A DNA stretch of 64,000 nucleotides from Syntrophobacterales bacterium (GTDB lineage: Bacteria; Desulfobacterota; Desulfobaccia; Desulfobaccales; 0-14-0-80-60-11), in the NCBI GenBank assembly GCA_023229795.1, contig JALNYP010000011.1, positions 6,515 through 70,514 on the forward strand. The letters are read 5' to 3'. Every line of letters starts with the position of its first letter. The stretch's first letter is position 1. A program made the translations under genes and the position numbers. Below are positions 56,435-64,000 of the stretch, piece after piece. The notes under the pieces were generated by a model. The model saw only the letters and a program-made list of their open reading frames with translations, ran no database searches and was not told the origin of the DNA.

Positions 56435-57598
56435 ATGGTCAAACTAGCCGAATTGCGCCAAAACCTGGACAGACAGGAGGAAACCGGGCTTTCTCCTTAT
56501 GCCACCAGGAGTATGGCGGCCATCCGCCGGCGCTTTGAGGAGCGCATCGCCCAAGGCCATCGCCAGAATTTCGCGGTGGACGCCGACCGGATTCTCCACT
56601 CCCAAGCCTACACCCGTTATATTGACAAGACCCAGGTTTTTTACCTCATACACCATGAGCATATCAGCCACCGGGTCTTGCACGTGCAACTGCTGTCCAA
56701 GATCGCCCGCACCATCGGCAAATTCCTGCGGCTGAACGAGGACCTCCTGGAGGCCATCGCCCTGGGGCACGATATCGGCCATCCTCCCTTCGGCCACGAT
56801 GGGGAGCGCCTGTTGTCGGCCCTCTGCGAGAGCCAAGGCATCGGCCCCTTCCTGCACAGCATCCAGGGGGTGCGGTTTTTAGACCGCCTGGAAAAGCAGG
56901 GGCGGGGACTCAATCTGTCTCTCCAGGTGCTGGACGGCATCCTCTGCCATGACGGCGAAACTCACCTGGAGCGCCTCTCGCCCCAGGGAGACAAGACCTT
57001 CGCCGTCCTTACGGACGAGATCCGGGCCAAGCTGGCCGACCCGGAGACTTCCTTGAAGCCCATGACCCTGGAGGGCTGCGTAGTCCGGCTGGCCGACACC
57101 ATTAGCTATATCGGCCGGGATTTGGAAGATGCCATTACGCTGAAGCTGGTGCAGCGGGAGGAATTGCCGCCGGAGGTCAGCCAGGGCCTGGGCCGCACCA
57201 ACGGCGCCATCGTCTACAGCCTGGTGGCCGATCTGATCACGCACAGTTATGATAAGAATTATGTGGGGTACAGTCCCGAGGTCGGCGGCCTCTTGAAGCA
57301 GCTCAAAGAGTTCAATTACCGGCGAATTTACGGCAATGCCCGCATTAAGACCGAGACGCCCAAGATCGAGTCGCTGTTCCGGCAGCTTTTTGATAAGTTC
57401 TTAGATGATGTGGAGGCGGGCCGGGAAAATTCGCCCATCTGGACGGATTTTTTGGGCACCATGCAGCCCGCTTACCGGGACAGCCACCGGCCGGCGGAGA
57501 TCGTCCGGGATTTCCTGGCTTCGATGACCGACGCCAACTTTTTGCGTACCGCCCAGGAACTGTTGTTCCCCCAGCCGTTGCGGGTCGGGCTGGATTGA
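56435..57598 (+). CDS. HD-domain dGTPase-like triphosphohydrolase
   Basis: 387-aa ORF; DRILHSQAYTRYIDKTQV, HRVLHVQ, GHDIGHPPFGH. Confidence 0.85.
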   Translation: MVKLAELRQNLDRQEETGLSPYATRSMAAIRRRFEERIAQGHRQNFAVDADRILHSQAYTRYIDKTQVFYLIHHEHISHRVLHVQLLSKIARTIGKFLRLNEDLLEAIALGHDIGHPPFGHDGERLLSALCESQGIGPFLHSIQGVRFLDRLEKQGRGLNLSLQVLDGILCHDGETHLERLSPQGDKTFAVLTDEIRAKLADPETSLKPMTLEGCVVRLADTISYIGRDLEDAITLKLVQREELPPEVSQGLGRTNGAIVYSLVADLITHSYDKNYVGYSPEVGGLLKQLKEFNYRRIYGNARIKTETPKIESLFRQLFDKFLDDVEAGRENSPIWTDFLGTMQPAYRDSHRPAEIVRDFLASMTDANFLRTAQELLFPQPLRVGLD

Positions 57599-57604
57599 GG
57601 AACC

Positions 57605-58366
57605 ATGCGCCTCATGACCTTTAATCTCAGGTTTGCCAATCCGGCGGACGGCCCCAATGAATGGGAGTTCCGCAAGGACCTGGTGGCGGAGATCATCATG
57701 AACCATTTGCCGGATCTGGTGGGCACCCAGGAAGGCACCATTCCTCAACTCCGTTACCTGGAAGAACATCTGCCCGGCTACCGGCCCTTAACGGCCCATC
57801 GGCAGGAGGACCCCACCTGCCAGTACCCCACCATTTTCTACCGCGCCGATCGTTTTCAGGTCAAGGAGAGCAATGAATTCTGGCTCTCCGAGACTCCCCA
57901 GGCGCACCGCAGCATCAGTTGGGACTCGGCCTTTCCCCGCCTGGTCACGTATGGCCTCTTTCGGGAAGAGGGCCGGTCCACCTGGTTCTATTTCATCGAT
58001 ACCCACCTGGATCATATCTCGGAGGCGGCCCGGCGGGAGGGCGCCAGGCTGATCCGGAAATTTTTCCTGCCTTTGGAGCGGCCCCTGATTTTGGTGGGGG
58101 ATTTCAATGAGCCGCCGGGGGACGCAGTGTATCGCGTGCTCCTCGATGAGGGCAGTCCTCTCCGGGATACCTGGATAGAGGGTGACCCGCCGGAGGCGGA
58201 GGCCACCACCCAGCACGGGTTCGACGGCCGGCCCCGGGGTCACCGCATCGACTGGATACTAACCACCGCGCCCTTTCGAGTCCGGCGGGTAGCTATTGTC
58301 ACGGACCACCGGGATGAACGCTATCCTTCGGACCACTTTCCTTATGAAGCTGAGGTTGACTACTGA
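57605..58366 (+). CDS. endonuclease/exonuclease/phosphatase (EEP) family protein
   Basis: 253-aa ORF; MTFNLRF, GTQE, GDFN, SDHFP motifs; 6 nt after the HD gene stop. Confidence 0.85.
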   Translation: MRLMTFNLRFANPADGPNEWEFRKDLVAEIIMNHLPDLVGTQEGTIPQLRYLEEHLPGYRPLTAHRQEDPTCQYPTIFYRADRFQVKESNEFWLSETPQAHRSISWDSAFPRLVTYGLFREEGRSTWFYFIDTHLDHISEAARREGARLIRKFFLPLERPLILVGDFNEPPGDAVYRVLLDEGSPLRDTWIEGDPPEAEATTQHGFDGRPRGHRIDWILTTAPFRVRRVAIVTDHRDERYPSDHFPYEAEVDY

Positions 58367-58367
58367 G

Positions 58368-59336
58368 ATGATTCGTAAAGTTTGGCTGGTCTTATCGCTG
58401 TTGCTGTTTACGGCTGCCGCCGCTTACGCGGGCCCCGACGCAGCGCCTCCCTTGTATCAACAACTGGCCGGTGGCGAGACCGAGATTCACGTCGAAAAGG
58501 GCATGACCATAGGACGTATGGCGGCGCGGAATGGCGTCCGCTGGTCGACGGTGGTCCGGCAGAATCACCTGAAAAAGCCTTTTAAACTCAAACCCGGTAT
58601 GGTCATCAAAATCAACAATATCCATATCGTGCCCGCGGAGCTGAAAAGCGGCCTGGTCATCAATCTGCCGGAATTGAACATGTATCACTTCCAGGATGGG
58701 GTCTGTCTGCGGCGCTATGCCCTGGCCGTGGGCAAACCCAGTTGGCCCACGCCCACCGGCACTTACAAGATCGAGGAAAAACGTAAAAATCCCACCTGGA
58801 ACGTGCCTCCGTCCATCCAGGAAGAGATGGAAGAACATGGCCAGGAAGTGGTAGAGAAGGTCCCCCCCGGGCCCAAGAATCCCCTGGGGAAATTCTTTAT
58901 GGCGACCTCGGCCTCCGGGGTGGGCATCCATGCCACCAACCGCCCCTGGAGCGTAGGCTCCTATGTGTCCCACGGCTGTATCCGCATGCTGCCGGACGAG
59001 ATCTCCCAGCTCTTCCCCCAGGTGGCGGTGGGCACGCCGATAAAGATCGTTTACCGCCCCATCAAACTTGCCCTCACGCCGGAAGGGCGGGTCTATCTGG
59101 AGGCCCATCCTAATATCTACGATTGGGAGATGAAACCCCTGGAATGGGTCAAGGGGATGGCCGAATACTACCAGATCGAGGATCGTATTGATTGGTGCAA
59201 GGTTCCGGCTTTACTCAAGGCCCGGGACGGGATCGCCCACGATATCACCAAAGATGCCAGTGCGCCGCCTGCCGCCGGCAGCCCCAAGGAAGTCCAGCTT
59301 TCCCCTTTACACGGCAAGGCGGCCAAGTTAGAATAG
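58368..59336 (+). CDS. L,D-transpeptidase (YkuD) with LysM-like domain
   Basis: ORF 58296-59336 trimmed to ATG 58368 (signal peptide MIRKVWLVLSLLLFTAAAAYA); YkuD catalytic SHGCIRM. Confidence 0.85.
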   Translation: MIRKVWLVLSLLLFTAAAAYAGPDAAPPLYQQLAGGETEIHVEKGMTIGRMAARNGVRWSTVVRQNHLKKPFKLKPGMVIKINNIHIVPAELKSGLVINLPELNMYHFQDGVCLRRYALAVGKPSWPTPTGTYKIEEKRKNPTWNVPPSIQEEMEEHGQEVVEKVPPGPKNPLGKFFMATSASGVGIHATNRPWSVGSYVSHGCIRMLPDEISQLFPQVAVGTPIKIVYRPIKLALTPEGRVYLEAHPNIYDWEMKPLEWVKGMAEYYQIEDRIDWCKVPALLKARDGIAHDITKDASAPPAAGSPKEVQLSPLHGKAAKLE

Positions 59337-59435
59337 ACTCCGTCCGGTGTCCCTCAACCGGGGTTGATAACCGGGCGGGCGGCTGGCGATTGCAATTCTC
59401 AGCCCTCTCCCCTGCCGGTTTTCCGGGAGAACACC

Positions 59436-59690
59436 TTGCCTGATGCGGATGATGCCCTGGGCCAGGCTATCCGGGAAGAAAACCGGAAGTTGCGATACCT
59501 GCGCTTCATGGTGGACCTAGCCCTCTACGAGATTCGGTCCGGGTCTCTCTCCCTATCCCAAGCGAGAGAAGTGGTGGAGAACCTCCGCCGGCAGGCGTTG
59601 CTCTTGTTCCCCGGGAAAGAAACGGCTTTTGACCTCATCTATCGTCCCCGGTTCCGGGGGGCTATTACCGAGACTTTTCAGCTTCATTGA
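59436..59690 (+). CDS. small hypothetical protein
   Basis: ORF 59364-59690. TTG 59436 preferred (GGGAGA 5 nt upstream). No family recognised. Confidence 0.4.
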   Translation: MPDADDALGQAIREENRKLRYLRFMVDLALYEIRSGSLSLSQAREVVENLRRQALLLFPGKETAFDLIYRPRFRGAITETFQLH

Positions 59691-59704
59691 CAAAGGACGC
59701 CACT

Positions 59705-60229
59705 ATGACTCGATCCAGGTTAGTGCTCTTGGTATTGGGATTCCTCTTGCTGTTCGGATTGTTGGGGCCAGTCCTGGCCCAGCAGCCGCCGGCCAAGTGC
59801 GGTCCTGATCACGCCATCCTTTACAAGCGGGCCGTGAAACTTCTGGACACCGCCGAAAAGAAGCTGACCCAGGGTTATACCGCCGAAGCCAAGTCCATGG
59901 TGAAAGAGGCCAACTCCCTGTTTACTACCCTGCAAAAGGAATGCGGCCCCGAACAGAAAGACCGCATATTGACGGATCAGGAGACTCAGCAGGAGGCCAT
60001 CAACCAGAAGCTCGGCGCGGATGAACGGGCCCAGGCGGACCGCTTGATGCAGTCAGCGGAAGACAAGGAAAAGAAGAGCACCAAGGCGGAAGGCGCGCAG
60101 TCGGAGTTGGCGGTGCGGTACCAGCGGGAGGCGAAGTCCGAATACGAGCAGGCTCACAAACGCTACATCAAGGCCGAAATCTACGCGTTGCGCAATCAGC
60201 AGATGGTCTTCGGTTTTCTGAACAAGTGA
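59705..60229 (+). CDS. secreted coiled-coil-rich hypothetical protein
   Basis: ORF 59687-60229 trimmed to ATG 59705 (AAGGA upstream); signal peptide LLVLGFLLLFGLLGPVLAQQ; K/E/Q/A-rich helical body. Confidence 0.55.
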   Translation: MTRSRLVLLVLGFLLLFGLLGPVLAQQPPAKCGPDHAILYKRAVKLLDTAEKKLTQGYTAEAKSMVKEANSLFTTLQKECGPEQKDRILTDQETQQEAINQKLGADERAQADRLMQSAEDKEKKSTKAEGAQSELAVRYQREAKSEYEQAHKRYIKAEIYALRNQQMVFGFLNK

Positions 60230-60262
60230 TGGGTTTTAGGAGCCGGTGGCGGAGATAGCACG

Positions 60263-60910
60263 ATGCATCTCAAGATCACGGCGGCGGTGACCGGACCCCT
60301 ACAGGTGATCTCCTACCTGGTGGCCTGCGAGGACTCAGGCGAAGCCCTCCTCATCGATCCCGGCGGTCCCTCTCCCCAGTTAGCGGACACTCTTAAGAGC
60401 GAAGGCTGGCGGCTGCGCTGGATTGTCAATACCCACGGTCATGCCGATCACATCGCCGGGAATGATTTATGGGCCGCGGCCACCGGCGCCCGCATCGTCA
60501 TCCACCGGCTGGACTGGGAGTTCTTCAGTACCCCGGAAATGCAGGCCGCAGCGCGGGCCGAGGGGTTTCCGCCGCTGACCCGGGCGGATGTGCTGGTGGC
60601 TGACGGCGACCGTATCCCCCTCGGGGCCGGACAAGCCTTGGTCCTCCACACCCCGGGCCATACCCCGGGCGCCATCTGCCTTTCCTTCCCCGGCCATCTG
60701 TTCACCGGTGATACTCTATTTGTGGGCGCCGCCGGCCGCACCGACCTGCCGGGGGGCTCTCTCCCCCAACTCATCGCCTCCCTGGAAGCCAAGATCATGC
60801 CCCTGCCCGACGACACCCGCATCTGGCCCGGCCATGACTATGGCGAGACCCCGACCTCGACCCTGGGGCAAGAGAAGTTGGAAAACCCTTTCCTTACTGA
60901 TTTTTTCTAA
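60263..60910 (+). CDS. MBL-fold metallo-hydrolase (glyoxalase II-like)
   Basis: 215-aa ORF; HTHGHADH zinc motif, later TPGHTPG and D...H ligands. Confidence 0.9.
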   Translation: MHLKITAAVTGPLQVISYLVACEDSGEALLIDPGGPSPQLADTLKSEGWRLRWIVNTHGHADHIAGNDLWAAATGARIVIHRLDWEFFSTPEMQAAARAEGFPPLTRADVLVADGDRIPLGAGQALVLHTPGHTPGAICLSFPGHLFTGDTLFVGAAGRTDLPGGSLPQLIASLEAKIMPLPDDTRIWPGHDYGETPTSTLGQEKLENPFLTDFF

Positions 60911-60999
60911 AACCCGCCGGCCAGTAGTGCCAGTCTCTCAGGTCCTTTTGCTCTTGCATCACCACCGGGACAGTCATACATTTAGAGGACGAGGATGAC

Positions 61000-62472
61000 A
61001 TGACTACTTCCCAGACCTCCTGCCCCTGGCTGCGCCAGCCGCCCGAAGGGCTTTTTGGCCGGCTCCTGGACAGCCTCGCGGATACCTATGTTCTGGTGCT
61101 GGATCAGGACCACCGGGTCACGTATGCCAACGTCTCTTTCCTGGAACACTTCGGTCTGGGGTGGGAAAATATTTGCGGCCGCCCGTGTGACCTCCTGGGG
61201 AAGCTTTTTCGGGGGACCGATGCCATTGAGGTAGGTTTTTGCCCCACCGAGTTAAGTCCCCTGTATCCGGCCAAAACCATCCTGACCCGGGAGGTGGAGG
61301 GCAAGGCGATCGTCTATGAGTCCACCATCTACCAGTTGCATGGCGCCGAGCAGGCCGCCTGGACCGTGTGGTCTCTCCGGGACGTCAGCGACCGCTTTCG
61401 CCTGGAATCCCAGGTCCGGCAGATGGACGATTTGGAGCGCAACCTGGTCCAGGCCTCCATGGACGGGATCATCGCCAATAACATGCTGGGTGATATCCTC
61501 ATTTTCAACGATGGCGCCGCCAAAATTTTGGGTTACGCTCCCGAGGAAGTCATCGGCAAACTTAAGGTCTATAAGCTCTATCCCAACAATGTGGCCCACG
61601 AAATTAAACGGTTGATTTACGACCCCGGCCACGGCGGCGCGGGCATCCTGGAAAATTATGAAACCCAGGTCCTGCATAAAGACGGCACTCCGATCCCCAT
61701 CTGGCTGTCAGCCCGCCTACTCCACGAAGACAGCCGGGAGGTCGGCATCGTCGGCTATTTCAGGGATCTCCGGGAACGGCAGCGGCTGGAGACGGCAGTC
61801 CTGCGGAACGAACGGCTGGCGACCCTGGGCAGGATGGTGGCCCGCATCAGCCATGAAATTAAGAATCCCCTGGTGACCATCGGGGGTTTCGCCGGCCAGC
61901 TCAGGCGCACGGCGGGGCTGCCCGAGGACGCCCGGCGCAAATTGACCCTTATTTATCAGGAAGTGCAGCGGCTGGAAAAATTTCTGGCCGACATGAGTAC
62001 GTTCAGCAGAGGCGCGCCGCCGCAAAAGGTGATGGCTGACCTCCCGGCCCTGATTCGGGAAGTGGCGGAGCTTATGGACGACTCCTTTAAAGAGCGGGGC
62101 GTCGCCTTCCGCCTGGAGACCCGGACCGATATTCCCCCGATTAGCTTTGATCCCGGGCAGATTCGCCAGGTGCTCATCAACTTGTTTAAGAACGCCCTGG
62201 AGGCCATGGGCGACGGCGGCGAACTGCGCGTCCAGGCCGACCTGCGGCGCGATCACCTGGTGCTCACCATTACCGATATGGGCCACGGCATCCCCGCGGA
62301 TCAACTGCCCAACCTCTTTACGCCGTTTTTCACCACCAAGGAGGGCGGCACCGGCTTGGGCCTGACCATCGTCCAGGGCCTTATTACCCAGCATCAGGGC
62401 GACATCAGCATCGACAGCGAAGCGGGCCGCGGCACCACCTGCACTATCCGCCTGCCCCTGGCCTCGGCCTAA
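61000..62472 (+). CDS. PAS-domain sensor histidine kinase
   Basis: 490-aa ORF; two PAS-like regions, H-box SHEIKNPL, N box KNALEAM, DMGHGI, GTGLGL. Confidence 0.9.
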   Translation: MTTSQTSCPWLRQPPEGLFGRLLDSLADTYVLVLDQDHRVTYANVSFLEHFGLGWENICGRPCDLLGKLFRGTDAIEVGFCPTELSPLYPAKTILTREVEGKAIVYESTIYQLHGAEQAAWTVWSLRDVSDRFRLESQVRQMDDLERNLVQASMDGIIANNMLGDILIFNDGAAKILGYAPEEVIGKLKVYKLYPNNVAHEIKRLIYDPGHGGAGILENYETQVLHKDGTPIPIWLSARLLHEDSREVGIVGYFRDLRERQRLETAVLRNERLATLGRMVARISHEIKNPLVTIGGFAGQLRRTAGLPEDARRKLTLIYQEVQRLEKFLADMSTFSRGAPPQKVMADLPALIREVAELMDDSFKERGVAFRLETRTDIPPISFDPGQIRQVLINLFKNALEAMGDGGELRVQADLRRDHLVLTITDMGHGIPADQLPNLFTPFFTTKEGGTGLGLTIVQGLITQHQGDISIDSEAGRGTTCTIRLPLASA

Positions 62473-63419
62473 TCCTCTTTATCGCCGCCAACCCGTAAGG
62501 GGGGACACACAGGTCCCCCCCTACAGGCCAAATCTTCCGGCAGGAAGACCACTTCCCGTTCCAGGGCTACCCCCTGGGTCCGCCAGACCTGCTCCTGAAT
62601 TTCGCTGATGAGGGCCTTGACCTGGGCCGCGTTGGCCTGGCCCTGGTTGAGGATAAAGTTGGCGTGCCGGTGGGAGACCAGCGCGTCCCCCAGGCGGCGT
62701 CCCTTGTAGCCGGCCTGGTCGATGAGCCAGCCAGCCGCGGGCCCTTCCGACGGATTTTTGAAGACGCTGCCGCAGGTCCGGGGGTTGGCGGGCTGCCGGG
62801 CCTGGCGGGCCTGGAGCAATTCTCTCATGCGGGTCTGGATGACTTCGGGATCGGCGGGCCGGGTGAGGGCGAATTCCGCCTCCACCACCAGCCAGTGAGG
62901 GAAGTTCAGCAGCAGCGAGGACCGGTAGCCCAGGCCCAGTTCGGCGGGGCAAAATTCCAGGAGTTGCAGCCGGGGGGTGACCACCCGGACCAGGGCAAGA
63001 ACGCCGGCCAGGCTGGCGCCTTCGGCCCCGGCGTTGAGCCGCACCGCCGCGCCCACGGTGCCGGGGATGCCGGCCAGAAACTCGAACCCGGTAAACCCCA
63101 GCCGCGCCGCGGCCTGGGCCAGCCGGGGCAGGGCCACGCCGGCCCCCACCCGCAGCGCGTCGCCGTGCCGCTCGAGGCCCTGAAGACTTTTGGCCAGATG
63201 CAGGGTCAGGCCCGGCAACCCCGCATCGTCGATGAGCACGTTGGAGCCCCGCCCCAGGAAGAAGAGGGGCCAGCCCCGGTCCTGGGCTAGACTTAGGAGA
63301 CGATAGACGTCGTCCAGGTCCGCGGGGACCGCCAACCGCGCCGCGGGGCCGCCGATGCGCCAGGTGGTGAGGGGGGCGAGGGGAAGGTTAGAGGAAATCG
63401 CGCTCTTAATGCTATCCAT
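62469..63419 (-). CDS. murB: UDP-N-acetylenolpyruvoylglucosamine reductase
   Basis: 316-aa ORF; FAD-binding FFLGRGSNVL, GSVFKNP; C-terminal ~20 aa are REP-encoded. Confidence 0.9.
   Translation of the reverse strand: MDSIKSAISSNLPLAPLTTWRIGGPAARLAVPADLDDVYRLLSLAQDRGWPLFFLGRGSNVLIDDAGLPGLTLHLAKSLQGLERHGDALRVGAGVALPRLAQAAARLGFTGFEFLAGIPGTVGAAVRLNAGAEGASLAGVLALVRVVTPRLQLLEFCPAELGLGYRSSLLLNFPHWLVVEAEFALTRPADPEVIQTRMRELLQARQARQPANPRTCGSVFKNPSEGPAAGWLIDQAGYKGRRLGDALVSHRHANFILNQGQANAAQVKALISEIQEQVWRTQGVALEREVVFLPEDLACRGGPVCPPLRVGGDKED
62495..62524. repeat. REP-like palindrome, family-A variant, inside murB 3' end
   Basis: GTAAGGGGGGACACACAGGTCCCCCCTAC; translated as part of the murB C-terminal tail. 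Confidence 0.75.
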
Positions 63420-63420
63420 G

Positions 63421-63783
63421 TCAGGTATTAAGGTTCACACCAGGGGCTTCTTCCGCGGGATTGACATCCTTTTGACGGGCTGAAGGGGCGATTGCTCCGT
63501 GAATTTTCTGAGGGGTGAGGGAAACTTTATATCCCAAGACGTGGAGGATATCAGCCACCGTACGTAAAGTAAGATTCCGGCCGCCATTCAGCAATTGGGA
63601 GATAAACCCCTTGGATTTGCCCAGGCGCTCCGCCAGTTCTTTCCGGGAAATCTTCTCCATCTCAAGAAGTTCACAAAGTGTTTCCGTGACTTCTATGATT
63701 AATTCCTCTTGAGCCAACAACCTGGCAAACTCGGGGTCTTCCGCGTATTTATCCAGCAAGGTCTTTTCTGGTTCTTTTTTCAT
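63421..63783 (-). CDS. XRE-family helix-turn-helix protein
   Basis: 120-aa ORF; ISRKELAERLGKSKGFISQLLNGGRNLTLRTVADIL is an HTH_3 motif; stop 1 nt before murB start; lower GC. Confidence 0.8.
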   Translation of the reverse strand: MKKEPEKTLLDKYAEDPEFARLLAQEELIIEVTETLCELLEMEKISRKELAERLGKSKGFISQLLNGGRNLTLRTVADILHVLGYKVSLTPQKIHGAIAPSARQKDVNPAEEAPGVNLNT

Positions 63784-63829
63784 ATTTTTCCAATTTCTGC
63801 GTGAATGGAGTTTATATAAAGATAAACTA

Positions 63830-63858
63830 TTGTCAAGAAAAAATCAGGGTCCTATAAA
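63830..63858 (+). promoter_or_regulatory. candidate sigma70 promoter P1 (divergent from XRE gene)
   Basis: TTGTCA - 17 nt - TATAAA. The same TTGTCAA reads TTGACAA on the minus strand as a possible -35 for the XRE gene. Confidence 0.4.
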
Positions 63859-63900
63859 AATTGTCACCACTTACCTTCATGCCAGAATGCCCCACCCGCC

Positions 63901-63929
63901 TTGACAATTATGGACAAACAAGGTAGCGT
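63901..63929 (+). promoter_or_regulatory. candidate sigma70 promoter P2
   Basis: TTGACA - 17 nt - TAGCGT, 30 nt upstream of ATG 63959. Confidence 0.35.
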
Positions 63930-63958
63930 TTACACGATAGATCAAGGGGGAGAACAAG

Positions 63959-64000
63959 ATGGGCAGAGGGTTTTGGGGAGGGGTGGCAGGCATCCTGTTG
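63959..64000 (+). CDS. start of an unknown gene running off the right edge
   Basis: ATG 63959 with GGGGGAG about 9 nt upstream, downstream of two sigma70-like promoters; only 14 codons visible (MGRGFWGGVAGILL). Confidence 0.3.
   Translation, partial: MGRGFWGGVAGILL

Overview
64-kb GC-rich (roughly 60-65% by eye) bacterial chromosomal window. I call 68 protein-coding genes (two cut by the window edges) and recognise no rRNA, tRNA or CRISPR. Most coding content is core housekeeping: smpB-ptsI-ptsH, rsmI, the conserved ffh-rpsP-KH-rimM-trmD-rplS-rnhB-yraN block, rtcB-archease, iorAB, rpsT, pgsA, tal, folK and a DEAD-box helicase. A long minus-strand biosynthetic run follows: dapL-FAH-dapB-dapA-dapF-lysA-(FN3 lipoprotein)-argH-(two inserted genes)-argG-argF-argD-argB, then hslU, hslV, xerC, and later a sensor kinase and murB. 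Less ordinary coding items: an orphan ParA-like ATPase with a translationally coupled coiled-coil partner beside a ~35% GC island; a plus-strand operon of two unknown exported proteins, a Tat-signal DUF362 protein and a NapH/NapG-like membrane polyferredoxin; a Tat-signal aldo/keto reductase; an RsbW-like kinase-GNAT fusion; and two RAYT (REP-associated tyrosine transposase) genes. The most unusual signal is non-coding. Nearly every intergenic spacer carries short REP-like palindromes of at least eight sequence families, often in mosaics. A second class of 7-nt-period tandem arrays (several unit sequences) sits at stop or start codons, often as inverted arrays able to form long hairpins. Gene content (DapL route, IOR, EI/HPr-only PTS, Tat Fe-S modules) suggests an anaerobic Desulfobacterota/deltaproteobacterium-like host; this is inference only. 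Short-repeat coordinates were read by eye and may be off by 1-2 nt. All family assignments come from motif recognition, not database searches.
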